Of a stretch of DNA of 64,000 nucleotides, positions 22,571 through 52,122 are shown piece after piece. A program made the position numbers and the translations under genes. The notes beneath the pieces were generated by a model. That model saw nothing but the letters and a program-made list of their open reading frames with translations, searched no databases and was not told the DNA's origin. How positions within the stretch are numbered: the first letter of the stretch is position 1; each line of letters starts with the position of its first letter. Source of the DNA: Macrostomum lignano. Taxonomy: Eukaryota. Location of the stretch: the NCBI GenBank assembly GCA_002269645.1, contig NIVC01002154.1:1-64000 (forward strand), read 5' to 3'.

Positions 22571-24450
22571 ATGGCCGAGGATTTCTACTACGAGGTGCTG
22601 GGCGTGTCGGGCTTGTCCAGCAAGCAGAGCATCGAATCTGCCTACAGACAGCTGCGTGAGCGGTGAGTTCTCGCCTGCTTTGAAAAGCTTTGACATATTA
22701 GAACTAATATTCAATTTAGATTAGCAGTCCGTGCTACACTACTAAATCTATAATTAGCTAGATAAGCATTCCACTCCGTAATTCCAGCTGGCATACTGGC
22801 TAGATTCGCAATCCACTCCGTTATTCCAGCTGGCATACTGGCTAGATTCGCAATCCACTCCGTACTTCTAGCTGGCATACTGGCTAGATTCGCAATCCAC
22901 TCCGTACTTCTAGCTGGCATACTGGCTAGATTCGCAATCCACTCCGTACTTGCAGCTGGCATACTGGCTGGATTCGCAATCCACTCCGTTATTCCAGCTG
23001 GCATATTGGCAAGATTAGCAATCCACTCCGTAATTCCAGCTGGCATATTGGCTGGATTAGCAATCCACTCCGTAATTCCAGCTGGCATATTGGCTGGATT
23101 AGCAATCCACTCCGTAATTCCAGCTGGAATGTTGGCTGGATTAGCAATCCACTCTGTAATTCCAGATGGCACCCTAGCAACAACCCTGGCAACGAGTACG
23201 AGGCGTCAAGGCGCACACAGCAGATCTACCAGGCCTACATGACCCTGGCCGAGCCCTACCGAAGACAAACCTACGACGGACTGCGAAGCAACCAATACTT
23301 CAGGCAGAGACTGCGGGACCACTGCAGCGGCTGGGCCGGCCATCTGGGCTACGACTCGACCCGGCGTGACCTGAACTACAACGACTCGACTGCGCGCCTT
23401 ATCCATGAGTTCGCGCCAACCGTGCTGCTGCTATTCTATCCAGTGGAGCCCAGCGTGTCGATGCCCGCCTACCGCGGCTCGATGCCGTTCGGTCAGACGC
23501 AGGCGCCGATGATGCACCAGCAGCGCCCAATGAGCTTCGGTGCGCCGAAAAGCTTTTCGGGCGTTCCCAAGCTTATGGGCTCGGCCATGGTCGGCGGCCT
23601 GGCTGGCGGCCTCGCCGGCGGCCTGGCCAGGAGCGGCCCCAATATTGGCATTCCGAAGTGGGGTGGCCTGTCGAGGGGTGGCCTGTCCAGGGCTGGCCTG
23701 TCCAGGGGTGGCCCGTCCAAGGATGGCCTGTCCAGAGGGCTGTTCGTGGGCGGCTTGCTCGGGGGACTGTTCAGAGGAGGCCTGTCTGGGGGCGGCCGGT
23801 CGTGGGGCGCTAAGCCTCGGCGCGCCAAGCCGTGGATTGCCAACAGAATGATGCAGCCCAGATGCTCCCCAGACGAGGAGGACGACGATGATCAAGATGA
23901 GAGCGATCACGACATGGATCACGATCAATTCGATCACGATATGAGTCATGACTTATTTGATCACGGTATGAGCCATGACCAGTTCGATCACGGTATGAGC
24001 CATGACCAGTTTGATCACGGCATGAGCCATGACCAGTTCGATCACGGTATGAGCCATGACCAGTTCGATCACGGTATGAGTCATGACCAGTTTGATCACG
24101 GCATGAGCCATGACCAGTTCGACCACGGTATGAGCCATGACCAGTTCGATCACGGTATGAGCCATGACCAGTTTGATCACGGTATGAGCCATGACCAGTT
24201 TGATCACGGTATGAGCCATGACCAGTTTGATCACGGTATGAGCCATGACCAGTTCGATCACGGTATGAGCCATGACCAGTTTGATCACGGTATGAGCCAT
24301 GACCAGTTCGATCACGGTATGAGCCATGACCAGTTCGATCACGGTATGAGCCATGACCAGTTCGATCACGGTATGAGCCATGACCAGTTCGATCACGGTA
24401 TGGACTATAATGGCGACTTTGATGGTGGCTTCGACGGAGGAGCAGACTGA
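22571..24450 (+). CDS. Divergent J-domain protein, copy 4 (HPS), 458 aa, with Gly/Arg-rich linker and DHGMSHDQF repeat tail
   Basis: Exons 22571-22662 and 23166-24450 (phase 2, total 1377 nt). MAEDFYYEVLGVSGLSSKQSIESAYRQLRERWHPSNNPGNEYEASRRTQQIYQAYMTLAEPYRRQTYD. Confidence 0.82.
22769..23171. repeat. 42-bp minisatellite made of the splice-acceptor region of J-copy 4
   Basis: Unit ccactccgtaattccag-ctggcatactggctagattcgcaat; the last copy ends ttccag|atggcaccc, the acceptor that gives the uninterrupted J-domain. Confidence 0.93.
23905..24402 (+). repeat. 27-bp coding repeat DHGMSHDQF (16 exact peptide copies plus 2 degenerate)
   Basis: gatcacggtatgagccatgaccagttc repeated from 23959 to 24390; the nucleotide variants are all third-position synonymous. 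Confidence 0.95.
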
Positions 24451-24676
24451 CAAAAATCAACGCAGTGACCAGCAGCTGACCAAACTGTGACTTTCATTTT
24501 ATCATTCATTTGAGTGCCGATAAATATAAAATCTATTCTGAGAAGTCATGTTTCAGGAACGACTGTACATTGTGGTGGGGCAGGGAAGGTCGGGAGCGAG
24601 TGTACGTTGGGGTGAGGCAGAGAACGCCGGGAGCGAGTGAAAATTGGGGTGAGAGAGGGAAAATCGGAAGTGTACA

Positions 24677-25262
24677 ATGGGGTGGGGCAGGGAGGGCCGG
24701 GAGCGAGTGTACATAGGGGTTGGGCAGGGAGGGCCGGGAGCGAGTGTACATTGGGGTTGGGCAGGGAGGGCCGGGAGCGAGTGTACATTAGGGTTGGGCA
24801 GGGAGGGCCGGGAGCGAGTGTACATTAGGGTTGGGCAGGGAGGGCCGGGAGCATTGGGGTTGGGCAGGGAGGGCCGGGAGCGAGTGTACATTGGGGTTGG
24901 GCAGGGAGGGCCGGGAGCGAGTGTACATTAGGGTTGGGCAGGGAGGGCCGGGAGCGAGTGTACATTGGGGTTGGGCAGGGAGGGCCGGGAGCGAGTGTAC
25001 ATTAGGGTTGGGCAGGGAGGGCCGGGAGCGAGTGTACATTGGGGTTGGGCAGGGAGGGCCGGGAGCGAGTGTACATAGGGGTTGGGCAGGGAGGGCCGGG
25101 AGCAAGTGTACATTAGGGTTGGGCAGGGAGGGCCGGGAGCGAGTGTACATTGGGGTTGGGCAGAAAAGGCCGGGAGCGAGTGTACATTGGGGTTGGGCAG
25201 GGAGGGCCGGGAGCGAGTGTACATTAGGGTTGGGCAGGGAAGGCCTGGAACGAGTGTACCTT
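24677..25262. repeat. 37-bp G-rich minisatellite between J-copy 4 and ARMC8
   Basis: Unit gggcagggagggccgggagcgagtgtacattggggtt. Confidence 0.95.
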
Positions 25263-25943
25263 GGGATGAGGCAGGAAAGGCCTGGAACGAGTGCATGCTA
25301 GCAAATGGTTACGATTAGAGCTATTCGAGTTTAAGTTATTTAGCTTGCAATATGCAGTTAATGTTTACAGCTAAGATTACTGTTTAGACATTTATGAGAT
25401 AAACCGATAAGTACTTATATGAGAAAGTGGTTAAACAGTTATAAGCTCGGCAGGGCAGCTGTCCTCCAACTGTCCCAAGTACTGTATTACGGGGTCTTAT
25501 GCTAGGACACCTTTTTCCTGCAGTTCTGAGATCAAATAAGCAAAGAAATGATTTAAGTTAAATTTTTCAAAAAACGATCTGATGTATTTTTGAGTATGCC
25601 AGCGCAATGACCATCATCAGTGAGAGCGGTGTGTGCTAACAGGTTCAGCAATTGTTAGAATTTCAATGAACTGATGTTCAGTTTAAAAAGCACTGCAATC
25701 GAAAACAATAAACTGGTCGTTATAAAAAGGGGAGCAGACGGGGTCGCGAGGTCAGAGGGGTAAAATAGGCGGGAAGCGCTCTGTCAGACAAGTTCCGCTG
25801 TGGCCAATAGACTGCGCCACGAGGCAGTAAAAGCAGCAACTAGAATGGGATAAAATTGGGAATAAAATGTCGCAATGTAACACTTAGACTAAAGATTGAA
25901 CAAATGGCGATTGAATAGTGTTAGGCAGTTTAGAATAAATAAA

Positions 25944-31666
<5,723 letters not shown>

Positions 31667-32062
31667 TTCCAACCGCTGCCGCCTCCGCTGATGCTTTGGC
31701 TACTGAGGCTGATAGCAGGAGGCTGCAAGATGAAGGTGAGCTTTACCTGGTATCTGACTGGAGTGGATTAAATCAGCTAGCTAAAATAAACCCTAAATCA
31801 TTTTTGCTGCATTGCCTTGAACTCTAAGTTCGCAGGCCTATAAACTAAATAATGAAAGACAACAAAAGTTGCAAAAGCAGCAAAGACCAGAAGACGCGTT
31901 CATATAAAAACCGTGGGCACACAAAGCTGCCGCAGAAATTTTACTTGAGACTCGCTCAGCCAAAAAACGACTGAGATGACGCCAGTGACTGCACCTGAGA
32001 TTCAGGATACTAAAAAACCTGAAGAAAAAGTTTGAATTGCTGAGCACAGAAGCAAATTGTGA

Positions 32063-33631
32063 TTAGATTTTCCTGAATATGAATCTGCAATGTCTGCAAC
32101 ATCTTTTCTTCCGGCCGCGCGCCAGCAGCAACAGCAGAAGAAGCAGCACGGGCGGCAGCAGCAGCGCCAAAGAAGGATGCGCGCCGGAGGCCCGAATCGA
32201 TGCAGGCGACCGCTGAAGCCGCTCTGCAAGGACGCGCCGACCCTGCAGCGACATCAGCAAGTAGGAGGAGGCGGCGCTGGCGGCCACCCCGGTGAGATGC
32301 AGCTCGCAGACTCCGCCAGCCACGCTGCCGACTACCAGCGGCCTCCGGGACGGCGGCGTTGGAAGCGACTGGCGGCCGAAGCAGCCGAGGCGCGGGTGCT
32401 GAGCCGTCAGAAGGGCCGCCAGCAGACGCGAGTCCAAGACAAAATCCAGGAATCCGATTCTGCCGCAGGCGAACACTGTGAGTGGGTGAGAGGGAGAGGG
32501 TGAGAGGGAGATGGGTGAGAGGGAGAGGGTGAGAGTGGGAGAGGCGGTGAGGGAAAGCGGTGAGAGTGGGAGAGAGAGACCGGGGGTGAGAATGAGAGGG
32601 TGAGAGTAGGGGGTGAGAGGGAGAGAGGTGAGAGTGGGAGAGGGGATAAGAGGGAGATGGGTGAGAGGGAGATGGGTGAGAGGGAGAGGTGAGTGAGGAG
32701 GGGGTGAGAGGGAAAGTGAGAGGGGATGAGAGTGGGAGAGGGGGTGAGAGGGAGAGGTGAGTGGGGAGGTGGTGGGAGGGAAAGTGAGAGGGGATGAGAG
32801 TGGGAGAGGGGGTGAGAGGGAGATGTGAGTGGGGAGGTGGTGGGAGGGAAAGTGAGGGGGTGGCGAGTGCGAGAGGGGATGAGAGTGAGAGAGGGGGTAA
32901 GAGGGAGTTGAGCACGCCCCCTTACACAAATCCCTCAAGTTCCGCAGCAAGGCGGCAAAACTTTGGACTGGGGCAGGCGATGCTGAGCTGACAACTCATA
33001 GGGGCCGAACATGCGATTCGCGACCAAGAGGGCCTGCAGCCCCCAGGGCACGGAGAGTGCAAGGCGGGCATGCAAGCAGACGCCGGAGCAACTGCGGCAA
33101 CTCACTCACCCTGCTCCAGGGCCAGGTCGAACATCAGCGGGCGGCTTCGCCGGCGAACCTTCAAACTTCGGCGACCGGTAAGTCGACTGGCTCGCCATGG
33201 CGCCAGGAGGTCCAGCAGGAGCTGCCGGTGCTCCAGCAGGGCGCGGCCGCACAGCTGGGCCAGACGGCGACGCAGGCCGAGTGAAGGCGGAGCGCAGCCG
33301 GACTGAGGGGTGCGTGCGGGTTGCTGTGGGATGCGCACTGAGAGCGCAGGATTCTGCGGCCCATCGCAGGGCTACTGGCTAAGTTAATTAACAAGTTCCC
33401 AGCGGATTACTCGTTACATGTATGTTTATCAGTTGGCTTAGCAGGAAAAACAAGACTGGATTAGACAGACAACACGGGATGCTTCCCAGAAAATCCGACT
33501 GCTCTTTGCTTACAGATAATACCGCTAACGCCTTAACTGGCCTATCAACTGGGATTTCCTTAGACTAAACTACTAATAGTAGCGTAAAAGAAAATCTGCG
33601 TTACCAAAATGATGCTCCTAAATTATGCCCC

Positions 33632-33699
<68 letters not shown>

Positions 33700-33700
33700 C

Positions 33701-33731
<31 letters not shown>

Positions 33732-36700
33732 CAGATCAAGCAGTTCCCCATCAGTATGAAACAAGGTGCCATAGCAACTCTCACGGCTTCAATAAAAGTC
33801 GCATAGAGTATCTGGTGCGTGAGGTGGTAGCCCCGAGCTCCATCTCTGTGCAGCATCAGCCTGAGGCAGCTGGAGTCGAACCGGCACCGGTCTTTGTTCC
33901 TGTGCACATCGAGCAGGCACTGGTCGCTGCGGGACTCCGTGAATTCCTCTGCAAATGGCGCACAGGTGGCACAGTGTATTGGCATGAGGGATCTGCCAAT
34001 ACTGTACAGGCACGCACTTGTACACGCGCTCACTCAGGATGTACACTTTCTGTGCATTGGGGGGTTGGCCGTAAAAAGTGTGAATTGTACGACAACACAC
34101 ATTGGAATTCCAGAAGTAAACAATGAAGTTTTTAAACATTTTAAGTGAATAGACATTAAAAATTTACCTTTCAGTTTGGCTTCATCAACTGCTCCTTCTG
34201 AATTCCAGTTTCCAGTGTTATGCTCAGCAGTGAGCAGTTCGTATTGAACTTTTGGCCTCCAACTGCTAGACAGAAGAAATCCCATGTTAGCAAAGTACAC
34301 CTCATCCGATTGCTGCACCCTTGGCAAGGACTGATTGACAGTGCGACGTGAGACAAGCTGCAGTTGGAGTAGCACCTGCCGCATCTGGTCTGGCAAGGTG
34401 GGCTCTGTGGCTAGCAGGTGTTCCAGTGCACCTAAAAGATTGAATTTTTACAAGTAATAGTACTTTGGCAGCAAGACGTTTTGGCAAAAATTTTGGGGCA
34501 AATCAAGTTTTGGTGAAAAGCATACAATATGAATGTATGAATAAAATTGGATTTGACAAACAATTTATATTTGTATATCATTCATTACAAAAGTAAGATT
34601 AACTATAAATAGTGTCACAAAGATACTATATTAGTAAAATGAAAATAAAAGTCAGTTATGCACTTCATTAAAACATTTAAAATATCTTATTGATTTTAAT
34701 TTCAATAGAAAAAAATCATTAAAAGAAAATAAAATAAAACAGTCAGTCCATTTTAGTAAGTTAACTCACTATGAAATTATAGATGGACATTTCAGGACAT
34801 TTAGCCAACTACAGGAGTCAAGTTAGCGGCAAAGCTAACTTGCTTCCTAGATAATATTGCTTCCACAGCTTCCAGAATTTGCCTCATCTTTGAAGCTGGT
34901 CTTTTTGCTATTTTGTTACTTTGTTAAATTGATATATTTAGAGATTTACCAAAATAACCTAATATTATTGCTGAGATATCACCTAAGTGTCCATTGCCAA
35001 TGTCTTGTTGTTAAAGTGACTAGTAGCCAATTTTGCTTGCTGTTATCAAAAAACTATAAGAATACATTAAATCAAGAATTAAATAAGGTATTAAAAGCAA
35101 AAGTTATTTGAGATAGTTAATTATAATAAATCTAATCTAAATGATACATCTATTACAAATTAGAAAAGGTTGGCAAACTCTAGCCCATATATCACATGTG
35201 GCCTACAAAGCCTCTATTTGGCCCTTAAGTCCTTTGGAACTTTATAATAGCAGTCTGGCCCACTCAATGTTTGTCTTTTATAAGTATCTTTTCTGTTCTC
35301 TATTCTCTCTACCCTTTCATTTATTTTCTGTCTTTTCCTTTCCTCTCCTAGCTCTCTTCTTTCTCCTTTTTTCTTTTCTAACCTTTCTCCTCTCCTTACT
35401 CATTCCTTCTCTCTCTATTTCTCTTTTTTCTTCCCACTTTTCTCCCCACTCCTCTCCCTATTCTTTTCTATATTCCTCTTCCCACTATTCTCCCTGCTCA
35501 TTTTTTTCTCTCATATTTTTTATCTTTTCTTTCTTTTTATCTTCTCCCTCTTCTTTTATATATATCTTTTTTATCTCTGATCTTGTTTCTTACCTTTTAT
35601 CTTTTTCTTTTGTCATTATTCCTTTTCTTTCACCTAACCTATAATAATGATTGAGATTATTAATCTGGCCTATAGAATAAAAAATTTGTGAATATCTAAT
35701 TTATTAATATTAGCAAAAATGCTTTAAAGTTAATAAAACTTTATTCAAATATCTGAACTGGCAATAATATAACTATTCTAAAACTAAAGTATAAAGAACT
35801 AAAAGTAAAATATTTTATTAGGCCTAATTAATTAATTTTTATTCTTTTTTTAGCTTTTATATATGATCTATAATATAAATTTGGATTTTGGATATTGATA
35901 ATGATATATTTATTTTTATAATTTATAGGCTATATCCTAAACTTATATCTAAAAACTAAATATTTTAAATCAAGTATAAAGCATCATAACAAGCATAGAG
36001 ATATGATTTAATCCTTAGGCCTATATAAGTTTTTGCTAGTATTTAGCCATAGGGCCTAGTCAGGAAGGTGGCCTCTGAGGGGGAAAATTCCCACGCACAC
36101 AAAGGGTCTCGGCGCACATTGGCGCACAAGCGCGGCGCACTTGGCGCACACTGAGGTCCCTAGTGCATGCGGCGCATAATTGTGGCGCATAAGGTCCCTG
36201 ACATGCATGAAAGTTGTAATGCAAATTAAAAATTTTACGTAAAATAAAGGATATTTGTATAGTCTAGAAAGTCAGTAATAAACTTTTGCTTCTTTAAAAT
36301 TAACAGTAAATAAAATAGTATAAATTATCACTAAAAACGTCAATTTTGCATTACTCTATTTGTAGGTATAATTTATGTTTGTTTAAAATGAAAATGTGCA
36401 TAATATTTTAAAAAGGCTTTTCATACAAAGGCCTTTCTTAGAAAACTTTACTTGTGAAGAGTGGCGCACAGACGGTGCATAGACAGCGCACAAATGGCGC
36501 ATAGATTGTGCATAGATGGAGCACAAATCATCCCAAAAAAATTATTCCGGCGCACACTGTGCCACCTTCCTGACTATGGGTATTTAGTAGGCCTACTAGA
36601 CTTAGAAGCAACATTTTAATATTTTGATAAAAAAATTTCATTAAAGAAAATTATTAGGCCTAAGTGTAAGTGATATAATATATTTGGTTTTTTCTTACCT

Positions 36701-36764
36701 TCAATAGCACAAAGACCAAAAAGCCCATCAATGCTAAGTGGGTCCTGATTTTTTATGAAAAAAT
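32063..36764 (-). CDS. UPF0764/C16orf89-like protein with C-terminal hydrophobic anchor; 5' end unresolved
   Basis: Exons 36764-36699, 34431-34168, 33948-33785, 33302-33110, 32475-32063, phase-consistent. Motifs FTESRSDQCL, GYHLTHQILY, VFACGRIGFLDF, GCFG and CELHLTGVA match recalled C16orf89 motifs (FSEERSDVCL, GYCLSHQLLF, MFCGMGGFSDF, GCFG, CSSHNTATA). A possible further exon lies near 37241-37298. Confidence 0.8.
32480..32910. repeat. GA-rich low-complexity tract in the last intron of the C16orf89-like gene
   Basis: gagagggagagg/gtgagaggg-type degenerate repeats. Confidence 0.85.
33632..33735. repeat. (TAGA)n microsatellite
   Basis: Directly visible. Confidence 0.95.
36057..36576. mobile_element. 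Non-autonomous DNA transposon (MITE-like) with 16-bp TIRs and GGCGCA subterminal repeats
   Basis: tagtcaggaaggtggc (36057-36072) and gccaccttcctgacta (36561-36576) are perfect reverse complements beginning and ending in TA. Clusters of ggcgcac/ggcgcat lie just inside both ends, and the centre is AT-rich. Confidence 0.7.
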
Positions 36765-39607
36765 CTAATATTTTTATAATTAAAGGTAGTAAATACTCAA
36801 AAGAAAAATAAAATGCCATTGCTATACAATTCAGAGTATCATTTAATGCAGACTATCTGCTGAATAGAGATAAAATAGTTTTTGGAAGTGTCAGAATTAG
36901 AGGTTTTAGTCACTGGACAACTTGATTAATGATTGTGTTAAAGTTAGGGGCCTATATAAACTTAAAAGTTCTCAGTTAAATAAACAAATTTGATATAGAA
37001 TGTCAATAACAATAGTGATCATGAACACGAATATCTGCATTGTGAGAAACCACTAGCCCTAGCCCCTAAGAATGAATCGAATTACTTATGACACGAGGCC
37101 TAAGACAAGAACTCAATGAAATGAAATGATTGTTGTGAAAAAATAGTTTCGAAGCATTTTTCGATGTAAATAATATGTATAGAGAATTCATAAACTCAAT
37201 TGTCATGGTCATGAGATAAGTGTGAATTATTTTACATATTGAGTCTTGAAGCAAGTGACAGTCTGCCTGCAGCGCCTGCTCGCCTGTGTGGCCCTAGCTG
37301 CTAAGTGCTAGACCTGGATTTAGACCTGCTTTTTCTTTGAATTTTATAAAAATTAAAATATTCTAAATAGGATATATTTGTGTCAATTTAAAGAAGCTTT
37401 AACTCAATAAAATAAACAAAAAAATTAACTGTTTTTGTTGTGCCTTTTTGTTTTACATAAATATATATAGAACGACGCATTTGTTATTATTGAAACGAAA
37501 AAGTCCGTTTATACTGACGTAGATACAGCTACATATAACAAATCAAAAGGCTTTATAAGCTACATGCATACGCCCTCACGAGAAGACGAATAGCTATTGG
37601 TATGAATTATGCATGCTGCAGTTAAAAGAAAAAAGGAGTTCAAAGAAATTTATCAGACTTACATGTAGAACCAAATGGGAGGCGAGTGTGCACTGTCACA
37701 ATTACAATGTATAGCGCGCCTGCGAATTTTTGACACTCTGGCACAAGCGAGTATCCGCCCTTGAAGCACTAGCTTTGACGTCCGGCAACGTATCCGCCAA
37801 CGATCGAGAACAACGTCGGTGTAATTAAGTGTAGGTAAAAGTAACCCATTTCCCGCAATGTTTGAAGACGTCGAAAACATCGTCAACGTCTGAATGCTGC
37901 ACAGGATAAGCGCGCATGCACCGGCTTTGTCAATTTTAGGCACAAGCGTGCAGGTAAATAATTACACCGAAGTCAAAGTTAACAGTGTTGTACCAAATAA
38001 AGTAATTCGACCATTCGATTCCCGGCAGGTGAAGCACCTTTCACTGCCGAAGTAGGACACGTCTCTTCGACTATAATTTTAATTCGACCATTTCCGATAG
38101 CCAACAGCTAGAGCTGACCTGCGCCTCTCACGCACTCCGAACAGCTTGCCATAAAACTTGGCAAATTTTGCGTGATTACGCGGCTTGTACTTCAGTTTTC
38201 GTCGCTTTGTACACCAGTCATGGGATTTAATGGTTCATTTGATGGCTATTTCATCAAGCCCTGAGTGGTTCTGATCTAAGGTTGACTCTGGCCATGCTGT
38301 ACTCCTCAAACCAATCTTGCCCTCATTTCCGCCAATGCGCGCTTATGGCAGACTGTTAAGAGTGCGTGCGCTCTTTTGACAGCCCTCATAACCAAGCCAG
38401 TACGTCTCCGTGCGATGCAATAGTCACTCATTCAAATTAATAAGTGCTTGACTTTCTGTTTCTCTCTTTTGAAGCACGTCTTAAAAAGCAGCGCGCTGCG
38501 AGCGTATAACTGCAGCATACAAACAGAGCTCGATCTTTTCAACTCAATAAATCATCCGTTTTCGGGACCGAGAGAGGTCGCAGAGGAGACAAACCAGCAG
38601 CAGACTCCCCAGAGGTCTAAAACCTGTCCCTCTCCATCTCTGCGTGCATGCGGGGAGCTTTTCCATCTCCGCTCCACTGTCTGACACCGGCAGGCAGGCA
38701 GACAAACCGTCAACCATTTGAAGCAACACCCGGCCAGAAATTGGTCGCTTGGCTGGGGGGGGGAGAGGAGATGGGGAAGCCTGTGCCGGGGGATCATTGT
38801 TGCCTCACTGTACAACACCGCATCCACAAAAAATTGACTGATTGGCCATGCTGGACTGGGGGATTTTTCTTTGCGGGAGTGCATGCGGCCGGTTCAACCC
38901 TCTCCGCTTGATGGGGCTGGCTGTACGGCGACTTGGGAGGCTGTGAAGCTGGGCTTGGGGGAGAGCGGGAGACAGGGGAGAGATGGATGGAAGGGCGAGT
39001 ATGCGGCGGGGCTCGCCTAGAAAGAGGCGCAGCAGTGTACGCCAGCGGCGACTGCCTCCCCGCGATTCTCAAAGCTTCCCGCCAGGCCGTCTCACCGCGG
39101 CCCGTCCTTGCTCTCCAGTGCACTCTGCAGGGCCAGCAGTGCGCGCGGGCAGCAGTCTGCATGCAAGTGCCTGCCCCCCCCCCTAAAGCTCGGCTGCCAC
39201 CCCAGTTTCTCTGCCCCGCCCTGCTCGAATGCCAAAACATAGCAGCCGAGAGCGGCACCCAGTCAGACTGAAGCGGAACCAGTCGCAGGCAGCTGAACTC
39301 TGCATCGCTGATATCGGAGAGGCAACTGGAGAAGGCCGATTTTCTAATAACATTACAGTAAAAATAAACGGAGTCTATTAACCAGTAAGTTGATTGTTGT
39401 AATCGCTTGTTAGCGATATTTTTATATTCGAGTTGAGGGCTCGAACACCAGTACATAGAGCACGTCAGCTAGATATTAGGGTCCATTGCACTGTTCTGAC
39501 ATGGCTTAAGACACTAGTCTCTGGATTATAAAATCACTCAGGAAAAGCTTCTCTAGGGGCGATAGTAGAGTTCTTTTAAAGGCCTAAGACACAAATCTAA
39601 GGGTGAT

Positions 39608-39830
39608 GGCAAGGCTCAATTGACAAGAATCTCAGGGTGCTGACAAGGCTCAATTGACAAGAATCTCAGGGTGCTGACAAGGCTCAATTGACAAGAATCT
39701 CAGGGTGCTGACAAGGCTCAATTGACAAGAATCTCAGGGTGCTGACAAGGCTCAACTGACAAGAATCTCAGGGTGCTGACAAGGCTCAATTGACCAAGAA
39801 TCTCAGGGTGCTGACAAGGCTCAACTGACT
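39608..39830. repeat. 34-bp minisatellite (~6 copies)
   Basis: Unit gacaaggctcaattgacaagaatctcagggtgct. Confidence 0.92.
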
Positions 39831-39981
39831 AAGAATCTCAGAACTCTCTAAAGCATCTCTAAAGAGTAACCTCATGGAGTAGAGTCTCAGGGAAGTTGCT
39901 CCAAGAGTCAAAGGGCTTGCCAAGAAGCCACAGATCTCAAGCTTCAATTCCGTCACAAAGCATCGGCTGTACAACTTGCAG

Positions 39982-52122
<12,141 letters not shown>

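Noticed and set aside
24780-25240. TTAGGG telomere-like motifs
   Set aside because: They occur once per some 37-bp units (cattagggtt), not as a telomeric tandem run.
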